From the NCBI GenBank assembly GCA_024626585.2, contig JANKJI020000001.1, forward strand, positions 15,618,444 to 15,652,645: DNA of 34,202 bases, in the 5' to 3' direction. Both the position numbers and the translations under genes were made by a program. The DNA is from Ginkgo biloba (taxonomy: Eukaryota > Plantae > Ginkgophyta). Shown piece by piece: positions 1 to 11,521 of the stretch. Position 1 is the first letter of the stretch. Every line of letters starts with the position of its first letter. A model generated the notes under the pieces. The model was not told the origin of the DNA. It worked only from the letters and a program-made list of their open reading frames with translations, and ran no database searches.

Positions 1-379
1 TTAATTTCATATTACTATTAATCATAATAATAAAATAATGATTACCTTATGAGGTGGATTTAGCAATTATGCACATGGAAATTATAAAGATTAATTCATT
101 GGATTAATCTATTCAATATTGTCTATATTACTTTGATAAAGTATTGATGAATGTAATACATTCTCTTCTAAACTCTTACATGAATCTATATTCCTATATT
201 TCTCTCTTTTCTCTGCACCTACATACTCCTCCATGACATGCTTTCACCCTTACTTAAAACCTAAATAATGAACCAAAAATATTAAAATGTTTCAAAGAAA
301 CTTTATTGAATTATGGAATCAAATAGCTACAAACCTAGTAAGATAAATGTAAGGATCTTAAATGCATTAGACATGAAAA

Positions 380-1041
380 TATTATATAAATTATTTAGAG
401 AAGAAACTTATTTTAGGCACCTCCATTAGGATTATTTTCTTTAAATCTAATATTAGAGATACATCATAATAGTAATCATCCTAAATACTTATTTTTTTCT
501 CATTGCTTTGTTATCAAGAGGCATATAAAAGGAATTAACATTTAGACATAGATTTAAAACATCATTCATTACTTTTTTTCTTTCAATAAATCCTATTTGT
601 TAGTTTTTTAGAAAAATATTTTTACAACTTATGTAGTCTAACAAACTTGTGATTTATTATAAATCTCACTAATGTGTCTTTAAGATTAAAAATGTAAATA
701 CCTTCTTAAATTTAATCCGACATAATCACATTCATCAAAAGGACATACTAACTAATTTCACATAATATACTATGGAAAGGATTTTCTCCCTTTCATTAAC
801 CTTAAAAAATGGCAATAACTTCAAAAAATATATCAATTTTTTTCTTAAGTCATAGTTTATATGCTAAGTGCAGTAATAAGGAATGTATTAATAGATTTAG
901 AAATTATTAATTTATATATGTTAGTTTTGAATTTGTAGCCCACTTAACATTTACAACAATCACTCTTCTAGTAAGTGATTAGTTCTACCAAAAACCTTCT
1001 CCCAATCTAATTTGTAGATGTTAAATACAAAGATCACCCAA
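380..1041 (-). mobile_element. Highly decayed LINE (L1-like) reverse transcriptase remnant
   Basis: The minus strand gives KLDWEKVFGRTNHLLEE near 970-1020 (compare LINE RT KLDFEKAxDRV) and KYLG near 480-490. There are many stops and the boundaries are approximate. Confidence 0.4.
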
Positions 1042-2401
1042 TNNNNNNNNNNNNNNNNNNNNNNNNNNNNNNNNNNNNNNNNNNNNNNNNNNNNNNNNNN
1101 NNNNNNNNNNNNNNNNNNNNNNNNNNNNNNNNNNNNNNNNNNTACCCAAATTTTATTTATTTTTTTATAGATATCGGTTATTTTTCTTGCTCTTCCTATC
1201 TGTATCTTTCACTTTCCATTTTTCCACTCAGGTTGAAACTTTCTTTAGGTCATTCTTTTTGACCCCCTTATATACTTATCTAAAATGGCCTTCTAGCTCA
1301 CTAAAATTATTGCCACCAAAACTCACTTCAAACAAAAATGCCCAAAATGTGGAGATTCCCCTGCATCAGACGCCATTTCCCATAACATGAGAGGTGTGAT
1401 AAGAATTTGTGTGGCATAAAATANNNNNNNNNNNNNNNGAATAATCCACTCAAAGAAATGATCAATATCATAATTGAAAGACAATATTTTATAATCTAGA
1501 TATACTATGAGTGAATTTCATTTCATTTATCCCTCTACCACCAAGTTGTTCATGTAAGGAAATTATGCCCAAAATTAAGACCTTAAGGCCTAATGGAAGA
1601 AGATAAAGATAACAAAATTCTAGACCAATAAGTATAATCTTCGGAAACATCTATTTTAAGGAAGGAGTATGTTGTCCAAGTGTAAGTAGAGAATCATTCA
1701 CAATCCCCTACAAGGACACTTGAAGAGGAATAGGTTATATTAAAGTTAAATACAAAGGAAGGAAGATATCAAGAGGGGGAAATGGCTAGTAGTATTTTCA
1801 CCATAAGAAACCAAACTTCATCCTATAAAGAATGGTTGAGCTAGTGGAAGGTCATAGACCACCTAAAAAATCAAGACTAATGTAGGAAACCCAAGTAGTG
1901 ATNNNNNNNNNNAGTATCCCAACTATGAGACTAATTCAAGGTAACACAGGGAGAAATATTCTTATCCCTAATATATTTGAATGTGTGATTCAAGATACAG
2001 GTATAAAGGATGGGAGTATAGTAAAGGAAATAATAGCTCGCTAGATCAAATTAGAAAATGAAGATCATGGTAAACTTGTAGAAATATATTATCAGTACCC
2101 ATCATAGGAAAAGAGTTGGCTCTATAAGGAGATAAAAAATTAGGAACTGTAAGAACCCTAATCTGATAAATTAATAGAATATAAGAATTATTCGAATAAT
2201 AAAACCCTCTTATATTATATAAGAGGGTTAGGAGGTAATAGATTTAGAGAAAAATATTGAGGTTAAGAGCGTAATAAAAAGGAAAAAACTTGATGTGGTG
2301 ANNNNNNNNNNNNNNNNNNNNNNNNNNNNNNNNNNNNNNNNNNNNNNNNNNNNNNNNNNNNNNNNNNNNNNNNNNNNNNNNNNNNNNNNNNNNNNNNNNN
2401 N

Positions 2402-2871
2402 AAGAATGACACCACAAAATGGAACAAAAACATAAGAATAGAGGCCTTGTATGGGAATAACAAAATGGAACGAAAACATAAATAAAAGAGCAAAACAAAA
2501 GATGGAAACTAGACCAGAATGAAAAATGAAAATAAGATAGGAACAAACGATGATAATAGAATGATTGATTGAATAAAACAAGAATGGAAATTAAAAAATA
2601 GGATAGAAACGAAAGATGGAAATAAAGCAGGACTGGAACAACTGACTAAATAAAATAGAAAATGGAAATAGTGTAGGAACAAATAAATAAAAATGAAATG
2701 GAAATATAAGATAAAAGCAAAATGACTAACCAAACAAAATAGAAGATGAAAACGGGCCGAGAACAAAAAATAAAACAAGACATAAATTGAAGATAAAAAC
2801 AAAAATGGGATGGAATAAAAGATAGAACAAAGTCATAAACGTGGCAATTATTTGCCACGTGTAACGGCTAG
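2402..2871 (+). mobile_element. Helitron 3' end (subterminal hairpin plus CTAG) preceded by A-rich degenerate repeats, within mannosidase intron 4
   Basis: Perfect 9-bp hairpin ACGTGGCAA-ttat-TTGCCACGT (2839-2860), a 7-nt spacer, then CTAG (2868-2871) followed by T, which is the canonical Helitron 3' signature. Upstream is a low-complexity AAAATGGAACAAAAACATAA-type array. The 5' end is not identified because of the gap. Confidence 0.75.
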
Positions 2872-2966
2872 TGAAATAGTAAAAGACAATTTCTCATTGT
2901 TACCCAAGAACATCTCTACATGTTATCACCATTAAAAGAAGATTAATGATAAAGGGTGAGGAAAAC

Positions 2967-3141
2967 CTCTGCACCAAGCAAATAAGCTTGCACGGCAGAA
3001 TGTCCAAACGGGTCAATTTGCCATCCAACACGTGGAGTCTTGTCAAACTGCTGCTTGATAAAACGATGTCCAAGTGTTGTCTGATCAATCATGTCTACAT
3101 AGTGTACAGTTGCTTCATCGTGCATGCACCAACCTCCATTT
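2967..3141 (-). CDS. GH38 alpha-mannosidase, coding exon 4 (catalytic nucleophile motif WQIDPFGHS); gene continues beyond the window or is truncated
   Basis: Acceptor TTGCAG|A completes the Ile codon in phase with exon 3. Translates NGGWCMHDEATVHYVDMIDQTTLGHRFIKQQFDKTPRVGWQIDPFGHSAVQAYLLGAE; donor GAG|GT. The expected next exon (LGFDSxxFARIDYQD-like) was not found in 1-2966. Confidence 0.95.
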
Positions 3142-3249
3142 CTGCAAGTTCATAAACTAATCCGGATCAGTATAGTCACTAGCAAACCTAGAGAGTGATT
3201 TTATTGCTTGTAAAACCAGGGGGTACTTTGCAGATAAGAAGAATTTTAC

Positions 3250-3338
3250 ATGAATTCGAATTGCCCCAAGTCAACAAGTTTCTTTACTTGTGCCTGCTTT
3301 TCCTCACTCTGCTCCCTCCACCACCTCTGGAAAAATGC
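3250..3338 (-). CDS. GH38 alpha-mannosidase, coding exon 3
   Basis: Acceptor TTGTAG|; translates AFFQRWWREQSEEKQAQVKKLVDLGQFEF plus AT (phase 2); donor AT|GTAAAA. Confidence 0.94.
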
Positions 3339-4130
3339 CTACAACCACCAACAAAAAGAATTTAGTTGTAGCAAATTTCATTCTGTTAATTATCAAAGAA
3401 ATACAGCAAAAGAATGGTATCAATATCTTCTTTACACAATGCTAGTTGCGTGGCATTTGACCATTGTGCCTATATACAAGGAACAATTGCCTAGGGAGTT
3501 TGTCTTTCACGGTTCCCATTTTAACCTTGTGTCCCATGGCTATTCAGGGCAATGTACCTGCCTGTTCCCAAAGGTATCTAATATTCAACAAGCATTAGAA
3601 CACAGAAACTAAGACACAATATTTAGCTATATTATGTCAAAATAAAGGCTACGAGACCTCAATTGCTTGCAATATAATGGAAGAGAAAGAAGCAACTGGA
3701 AGTGGTTTTGTTTTCTTTGAATTTGTTTTATCAAATTTCTAGCTTTCAATCAAGACAATGAGAGTTTGGTATAATGTTTAATGAGGGGCATTGGGCAAGA
3801 GGTAGTGAGGAATTCCATCTCCAATGACAAATCACCTGCACGCACTATACACAATCCAAGCCCCAATGCCAATTATTCTTGTAAGAAATCCAATCAACCT
3901 ACGGCTGCTCTCAGAAGCATATAAGCACGTGGATGGGGTATTTACAATGCTTTGAGGAGAAAATTGAGTAAGTTTTACACAAGTAACCAACTCTAATCTC
4001 TCTGGGACGTAGATGAACAATGGGAAAGTGTTTTATCACAGTGATATTTTCTCATAAAAATGCATGGACTTGATAACAAATGTATTTACTATTGAAATTG
4101 AAAAAGAAAAGAGCGTGTTGAGAGATATGC

Positions 4131-4214
4131 CTGCTCTGCAAAAACAAATTTTCGATTTGGGTCTTCTTGCAATGCAATGATGACAGAATCCAATACATTC
4201 CTCACTGACGCCCC
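4131..4214 (-). CDS. GH38 alpha-mannosidase, coding exon 2
   Basis: Acceptor ATGCAG|; translates GASVRNVLDSVIIALQEDPNRKFVFAEQ (28 aa), matching the plant GH38 consensus GACVQNVLDS..DxNRKFxxxE. The donor is the non-canonical CAG|GCATAT. Confidence 0.92.
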
Positions 4215-4374
4215 CTGCATATATGATCCACAATCATTCATATTATATATTCAAATTAACACCTTACCTATTTCATGCATATTAGCGCCTGTTTTTCTTG
4301 CCCCTTGTCTATATTTCTTCAATACATTGTCAACATTTTTACATCAAATATAGAAAAGAAAGCATCTGAGAGAC

Positions 4375-4566
4375 CTGAATACTGTTGTTGGATCCAACAT
4401 AGTACTGATCAATTGTCTTGAGCCATCCCACATCGTCATGTGAGTGAGGAACCAAATGCACATTAATCTTTCCTGCCACAGGCCCACCTGTAGTATTGTA
4501 TTTCATATATGCACCATTTGCCCATCCAACCAGTGCTAACAGCACCCCGATGCAAAACAACGCCAT
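4375..4566 (-). CDS. GH38 alpha-mannosidase, coding exon 1 (signal peptide plus HSHDDVGW zinc-binding motif)
   Basis: Translates [64 protein letters not shown] (64 aa). The N-terminus is hydrophobic, HxHxDxGW is the GH38 motif, and the donor is CAG|GT at 4374-4373. Confidence 0.95.
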
Positions 4567-7500
4567 TTCCTCTTACTTCTCCACACAAACAACAACAATA
4601 CACTTCTACTTCGTCTGCGTTTACATCCTTTTTGCAAGCAGAAATTAATTTACTTTCCACTGCCACCTGCATAACCTCATCTCACACATATGCATATCCC
4701 ATCCCATTATTATTGCTGTTACCTGGTTTGTATCATAAATTGTCTCTTGTGCAAAGAAAAACGTTTTAAATTAATTGCCATAAATATTTTCACTAAGTCC
4801 ATTACATATTGGATATAATTATTATATTTAAGATCATATTATATATAGTTTGGACATCTTAGACCCATACTTACTTTGAAGGAAAATTATCTCCCCCAAT
4901 TCAAAGAGTAGATAGTATATGTAATCAATATTTTGGGTACTGAGTATATTCTTGTACTAGGAGATCACATTTGACTCTTATGTGATGAAATGTGTAATTT
5001 GAGCAATAGTGCCTAATGGTACACACCCTCAAAATTATGTANNNNNNNNNNNNNNNNNNNNNNNNNNNNNNNNNNNNNNNNNNNNNNNNNNNNNNNNNNN
5101 NNNNNNNNNNNNNNNNNNNNNNNNNNNNNNNNNNNNNNNNNNNNNNNNNCATTTTGCAAGTATTGTTATGTTACTAGAATTTCCATTAGTGATATTAGAG
5201 CTTGTAGTTTCTTGGGAGCTTCATATTTAAGGAGAGAGATTGATAGATTGCCCATTATTATAATTTGATTTTTTCCACTTAGTTCCCTTAGCCCATTCCA
5301 TTTGATTTCCTTGAGTATTCCATTTTCTTTTCACATCTTGGAGCATTTTGGATGGGAGGGGATAGATTTGCAGAAGCTTGGAGGCTTGCTCAGTTAGAGT
5401 TGGCTTCAATTTTGGAGAAAATATTTATGGATCTCAGGTGCATGTTTCTATTTTTNNNNNNNNNNNNNNNNNNNNNNNNNNNNNNNNNNNNNNNNNNNNN
5501 NNNNNNNNNNNNNNNNNNNNNNNNNNNNNNNNNNNNNNNNNNNNNNNNNNNNNNNNNNNNNNNNNNNNNNNNNNNNNNNNNNNNNNNNNNNNNNNNNNNN
5601 NNNNNNNNNNNNNNNNNNNNNNNNNNNNNNNNNNNNNNNNNNNNNNNNNNNNNNNNNNNNNNNNNNNNNNNNNNNNNNNNNNNNNNNNNNNNNNNNNNNN
5701 NNNNNNNNNNNNNNNNNNNNNNNNNNNNNNNNNNNNNNNNNNNNNNNNNNNNNNNNNNNNNNNNNNNNNNNNNNNNNNNNNNNNNNNNNNNNNNNNNNNN
5801 NNNNNNNNNNNNNNNNNNNNNNNNNNNNNNNNNNNNNNNNNNNNNNNNNNNNNNNNNNNNNNNNNNNNNNNNNNNNNNNNNNNNNNNNNNNNNNNNNNNN
5901 NNNNNNNNNNNNNNNNNNNNNNNNNNNNNNNNNNNNNNNNNNNNNNNNNNNNNNNNNNNNNNNNNNNNNNNNNNNNNNNNNNNNNNNNNNNNNNNNNNNN
6001 NNNNNNNNNNNNNNNNNNNNNNNNNNNNNNNNNNNNNNNNNNNNNNNNNNNNNNNNNNNNNNNNNNNNNNNNNNNNNNNNNNNNNNNNNNNNNGCTTGCT
6101 TGTTCTCCCTATCCCTTTTATTTGTGAAACATAAAAGAAAAGTGAAAGAATACTTTACTTTATTTATTTTGTTTTTAGTTTTCACTTTATTTCAAACACA
6201 TCTCAATGCGAGGTGTCTGACATAGCCTTCAAAATTTGTTGCCCACCCACTCTGGGAATAGATCCACTTCCAGTGGCTGTGGTTAGGGGATGATTAGTTG
6301 AGCCGATCTACAATATATATCTAAAAATTAGAAATAGATTAGATATTCAAATTTAAAAGATACTATTTCGAATAAACATGTAATGAAACCCTTGTTTATA
6401 ACCTCTAATGTTCTTAACATATATAGATGGTAACTATAAACTTGAGTTAAAGTATCCTTCCTAAGAATTCATTGATCCTATTAATAAGTTGAGATATCTT
6501 CCTTCCTAAAAATGTGTTCATTTCATTAATCATGAGTTGGTATGGTAAGATTATAAAGTTACAACTAAATTTTATGGCAGAGGAACACACAATATTTATG
6601 GTACTAGGGGAAATGATAGGAAGAGGAGGAGGTAAGGCAACTTGGATTGGGCACAAATCATATATTATTTTCAAAATTCATATTTTGAGAAATCCCAAAT
6701 GGTTATGAGAAGTGATAATGGAGAGTTAGAATATCACAAAATAGATTACTTATAGTAGAGTTTGAATGTAGGGAAAAGATAAAGCATTGTAGTACCACAT
6801 TAAGAATAGAGGAAAGTTGTAAGAGTTAGTCAATTTAGGGAAGCTCAACAACCAATTCCATTCACCCAGTGAATTAAAAGAAAATGAAATCATTTTTATT
6901 TTACTATACACTAAAGATAACACCTACAAAGTCATAGGAGACTTAGATGGGTTCGCTTGTAATCCCAATTTAAAATTTCACCCTTCAAATGAGTTAAGAG
7001 GTAGGGTAGATGCAAGTAGTGAGGTTAGAGAAGATGTCAAAGTAAGTATCTTGTTTGAATTATTAGTAAATCATAAGGAGAGAAGAGAGATAATACTAGA
7101 CCTAATCTTCTTCCTCTAGAGGCATAGGAAGGGAAATANNNNNNNNNNNNNNNNNNNNNNNNNNNNNNNGTCCGCTCTTCTCTTTTTCTATCTCCTTTTA
7201 GGGTAAATATAAGTACATAATTTTGTTTTTGGGATGAGGTGGTATGTTAAACTATGTCTATATGTAATTTCACATGTACAAAGTAGAGAGTTTCCTACTT
7301 AATATTGTATATGACATAGACAATGATCATTTCATGGTCATTTTTGGAGTATCTTGTCAATATAAACCACCTTCAATTGAAAAAAATAAACAAACCTAGA
7401 GTTCATAAAATGGTTGAAATTTTAATATAAAAAATATATAAATAGTATACGTTTTATTAAGTAAATATTGNNNNNNNNNNNNNNNNNNNNNNNNNNNNNN

Positions 7501-8913
7501 NNNNNNNNNNNNNNNNNNNNNNNNNNNNNNNNNNNNNNNNNNNNNNNNNNNNNNNNAGAGTGCATATGTGCATGTGTGTATAAAACACCACCAACATACA
7601 TCATATTCCACACCATGGATTTAAGGTCTGGTTTCTTCTTATGGCATCAATGTTGAATATAATTATTATTAGCATAAATATACAATTATTTGAAGGTCAA
7701 ACCTATATTGGGTATTAGAAGACTATTATAGGCTATGGAGACTGTTGACACCTCATTTTGAGCTAGTCATACATTCATACANNNNNNNNNNGATTCAGGA
7801 CTTCACCAAAAAATCTTGGAACTCAGAATAAAATCAAATGTAAATCAAATATATTTTATTCATAAGGAATATGCTATATCAAATACATTGAGAATGGATT
7901 CTTGAGAAGAAATTCAGTTTGGAGTGTCATCAAATTTATCTTAGTTTGTAGACCTATTATCAACATGGGAAGATGATTATAACATAGAGGAGATTCAAGA
8001 TCACATAGCATGAATACATCTTGGAACCAAGTCAAGTAAAGTTTTCCAGCCTCCATCTTCCTTACTAGATGAGATAGTTTCACATCCCACATGTCATAGG
8101 AACCCTGATGTATTATTGGATGATTACACTCACCAAATCCATGCTCCACATGTCTTAGGCATTCTTATATCTATGAGGAAATGGAGGGTTTGGCTTATTT
8201 GAGGGAGGAGAAGTGATTATAGAGATTGTATGTGTCACACTTTCACTCCTCTATATAATGAACCCTTATTAGATCCTCTAGAGATTGCATGGGAGCTCAA
8301 GATATGAAGACTTATTTATGAAAAGTAGTGGATGGATTATTGGTTGACTAGAGAGAGAACCACTTATCTACCTCCTACTTCATCACTATATTTCTACTTG
8401 AATCCTTCCAACTCACCTCCCATGATCTTACTCACTTTATAAGAACTTGGCAATAGGAATAACTCAAACCACTCAAAAGAAAAAGAATCAAGATACACCC
8501 ACCCCATCACTGTAATCTCCCAAACTGTCTTTCCAATTCCACCCATTCCATTCCTTCAAATGTATAGCCCTGAAGCATGGGGTATGTGACTTGTATCTTT
8601 CATATTATCCTTCACCTAATTTCACCATCTTATGCTAAATTCAATCATCGCTACCTTTATAGATTCATGTTGGTAAAACNNNNNNNNNNNNNNNNNNNNN
8701 NNNNNNNNNNNNNNNNNNNNNNNNNNNNNNNNNNNNNNNNNNNNNNNNNNNNNNNNNNNNNNNNNNNNNNNNNNNNNNNNNNNNNNNNNNNNTATTAGGT
8801 GTTAGAGTAACTTGAATGAAATAGATTGACATTGAAGACTAAATATTTATGTTTGTGATCTATCACTTTTAGAGTAGGTGGAGTCATTTTGGGGTCAATC
8901 AGGAAATGGTGTC

Positions 8914-9318
8914 AGTCCTCAGGGAAGTCATCCCATCCTGGGTTATATTTCACTCCTTGACTCACTCAAGGAGTAATATAATAGCTAGAACTTAGTTGAA
9001 TCTCTCTCAACTAGGGAGCTCCATCTTCTCTTAGAGTCAATATTCTCCATGGCCAACTCATATTCTACCTAACCTTTTTAGGGACGTTTAATATAATCTA
9101 GGAATGTGCACAATCATTGAGAGACCTATGACACTAAGAAGAAATATTTAATACACATGCACCAAAGTAAGGATAATATACTAAGGTGGGAAGTGACTTA
9201 GTCATCTAGGATATGACTCTCCCTAAGGAGATATTTTCTCCCTGAGCTAGTCAAGGAGCCTCATGGATACTAGGGAGTAATAATATCCTAGGGAGATGTA
9301 CCCTTCTTTATGAAGACT
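8914..9318. repeat. Degenerate long inverted repeat (foldback/MITE-like) with internal palindromes
   Basis: 8914-9073 resembles the reverse complement of 9182-9318 (for example CTCCTTGACTCACTCAAGGAGTAATAT vs CTCCTTGACTAGCTCAGGGAGAAAATAT). There is an internal hairpin ACTCCTTGA-ctcac-TCAAGGAGT at 8952-8974. Confidence 0.5.
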
Positions 9319-9918
9319 TATCTCCTTCATATATTATCAAGGGAGCTTGTTGAGAACAAGGATAATGGGTAGCTAGTGCATATTCAAGGTATCTTACAAT
9401 GGGCATTAATGACATACCTTAAAAATTACCCGATGGCATGCATGTCATCTTATCAGAATAATGAAATGGAAAACATCAACCAATCATGCCCTATCATATG
9501 GAAATAATTTATTGTTAGTACTTTCATAGAGTGATAAGGGTTAATGCCTTTAAATTTCTCACTCTCACCTTCTGCCACCTTTGTTTATTCAAAATTTTAT
9601 TTCCCTACAAGTAACGATCCATAGCATCACCAAAACTAATGCATATTTTATATGTTCTTGGATTCTATTAATAAAAAAATCATAGCCTATAAATAATCTA
9701 CTCTTGAAAATATTATGAGTACACTCGCACCTATAAGAGCTTGGCTCTAGAAATGTTATTTTTCTTGAGTTACTTTATCACTTTAAACTATCGCAACATG
9801 GTCATGTTGAGTAACTAANNNNNNNNNNNNNNNNNNNNNNNNNNNNNNNNNNNNNNNNNNNNNNNNNNNNNNNNNNNNNNNNNNNNNNNNNNNNNNNNNN
9901 NNNNNNNNNNNNNNNNNN

Positions 9919-11220
9919 TTTCAATACAGAGATCATCCAACATGTCATTCCACTGAATCTTAGGACAAATCCTTTTAGGTAGAAGCATAGAGCAGTGAAC
10001 CCCAAGATAAAGGACATGATGTGGCATGAAGTTCAAAAGTTTTATGAGGTTCGAATCATTTTTCAATATGTCACTCGTCTTGGGTCGCTAACCTAGTTCA
10101 TATTTGAAAAAAGAATGGAGATATAAGGTTATGTATTGATTTCTAAAATTTAAATAAAGATTCCCTCAAAGACAACTATCCATTACCTAGGATGGAGCAA
10201 CTCTTGCAGTATGTGATGGATTCAAATATGATGTCATTACTAGATGGATTCTTAGGCTATAATCAGATCCTAATCACAAAAGAAGACATACACAAAACAA
10301 CCTTTACTACCATTTGGGGTACTTTTGCATACAAACAAATGTTGTTTGGATTAATCAATGCGAGGGCCACATTTTAGAGGGTGATGGCTTTTACCTTAAA
10401 GGAATTGATTAGAAAAAAAATAGTGGTCTATTTGGATGATCTCACTATATTTTTAAAATTTTGACAAGACCATATGATGAATCTAAAGAAAGTCTTATAA
10501 AAGTATAGGGAATGGGGTATCTCCTTAAACCCAAAGAAATCAGTGCTTGGGGTGATAGAGGGAAAGTTGTTGGGACACATAGTCTTAAAGGAAGAAAATT
10601 ATATTGATCTAGATAGGGTTAAATCTATCAAATAACTTCCTCTACCATTGGGAAAGAAAGGAATCTAGCATTTATTTGGAAAAAATAATTTTCTTAGTAG
10701 ATTCATGCCCAAATTTACACAATTCACCTTTCCAATCAATAAATTTCTTTGAAAAGATTCAAAGTTCAAATGGAACTAAAGCAAAAAACCTAGAGGCCAA
10801 GGAGTCTTTTAATGACATCAAGGATTGGATTACCAAAGCACTTGTTCTAGCTAGACCTAACTTCAACAAAGACTTCATAATATACCTCTATGCCTTGGAT
10901 GAAGCGTATACAACTATGCTTATATAGAAGGATGATGAAGGTCATAAAAATTCAATTGTATTTTTGAGTCATTCATTGAAGGATTATCAACTTTGATACA
11001 CGCCCATAGATTAGAGGGTATTTAACCTAGTCAAAGATATGGAGGAATTTAAACCTTATATCATCCATAGTGCCTATAAAGGTTATATTGAATCAAGTCG
11101 AGCCATTAGGAAAATAGGCTTGATGGCTAGTAAAAGCTTAGGATTTTGATATGTACATAAATCCTATGAATATTATCAAGGGACAAGGATTATGTAAGAC
11201 GATAGTTGAATCCCAAGCCA
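9919..11220 (+). mobile_element. Ty3/gypsy (Tat-like, non-chromovirus) RT plus RNase H remnant, pseudogenised
   Basis: Reads SSWVANLVHI*KKNGDIRLCIDF*NLNKDSLKDNYPLPRMEQLL...LDGFLGYNQI...KTTFTTIWGTFAYKQMLFGLINARATF*R...VVYLDDL (YLDD at 10429-10440)...GISLNPKKS...GKLLGHIV, then the RNase H segment LARPNFNKDFIIY...IKGQGLCK. It has multiple stops and frameshifts. Confidence 0.93.
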
Positions 11221-11521
11221 AAATTGAAGAAAATTGATAAACTAATACAAGAGAATCAATGCTAACAGAATCTTAAAATAATGCAAAAAGGAAATAATAA
11301 GAGCACATCCANNNNNNNNNNNNNNNNNNNNNNNNNNNNNNNNNNNNNNNNNNNNNNNNNNNNNNNNNNNNNNNNNNNNNNNNNNNNNNNNNNNNNNNNN
11401 NNNNNNNNNNNTTTCTTTCATCTCCCTTCCTATAACTCATTCACTCCTATGCAAATTCTCTCTTCCATATAAATCTCCCTATCCCCCACCTTCTACTTAT
11501 GTATTAAATCCACCTCCCAAA

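Noticed and set aside
1440-2300. Possible gypsy 3' end/PPT (TTTTAAGGAAGGAGTATGT near 1655-1672); similar motifs near 7230 and 8200
   Set aside because: Too decayed to assign domains or boundaries by eye.
2228-2858. Hydrophobic Phe/Leu/Ile-rich ORFs that look like membrane proteins
   Set aside because: They are translations of the T-rich strand of a low-complexity repeat at the Helitron end.
2839-2862. ABRE/G-box motifs (ACGTGGC, CACGTG)
   Set aside because: They form the Helitron hairpin in an intron; there is no evidence of a regulatory role.
4121-4128. ATATCTCT resembling a U12 AT-AC donor in mannosidase intron 2
   Set aside because: Using it would make the intron end in GC rather than AC, and it departs from ATATCCTT. 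GC-AG fits better.
5352-6185. Long ORFs of 245-322 aa here and at 21329-22297 and 25087-25942
   Set aside because: They are artefacts of translating N gaps.
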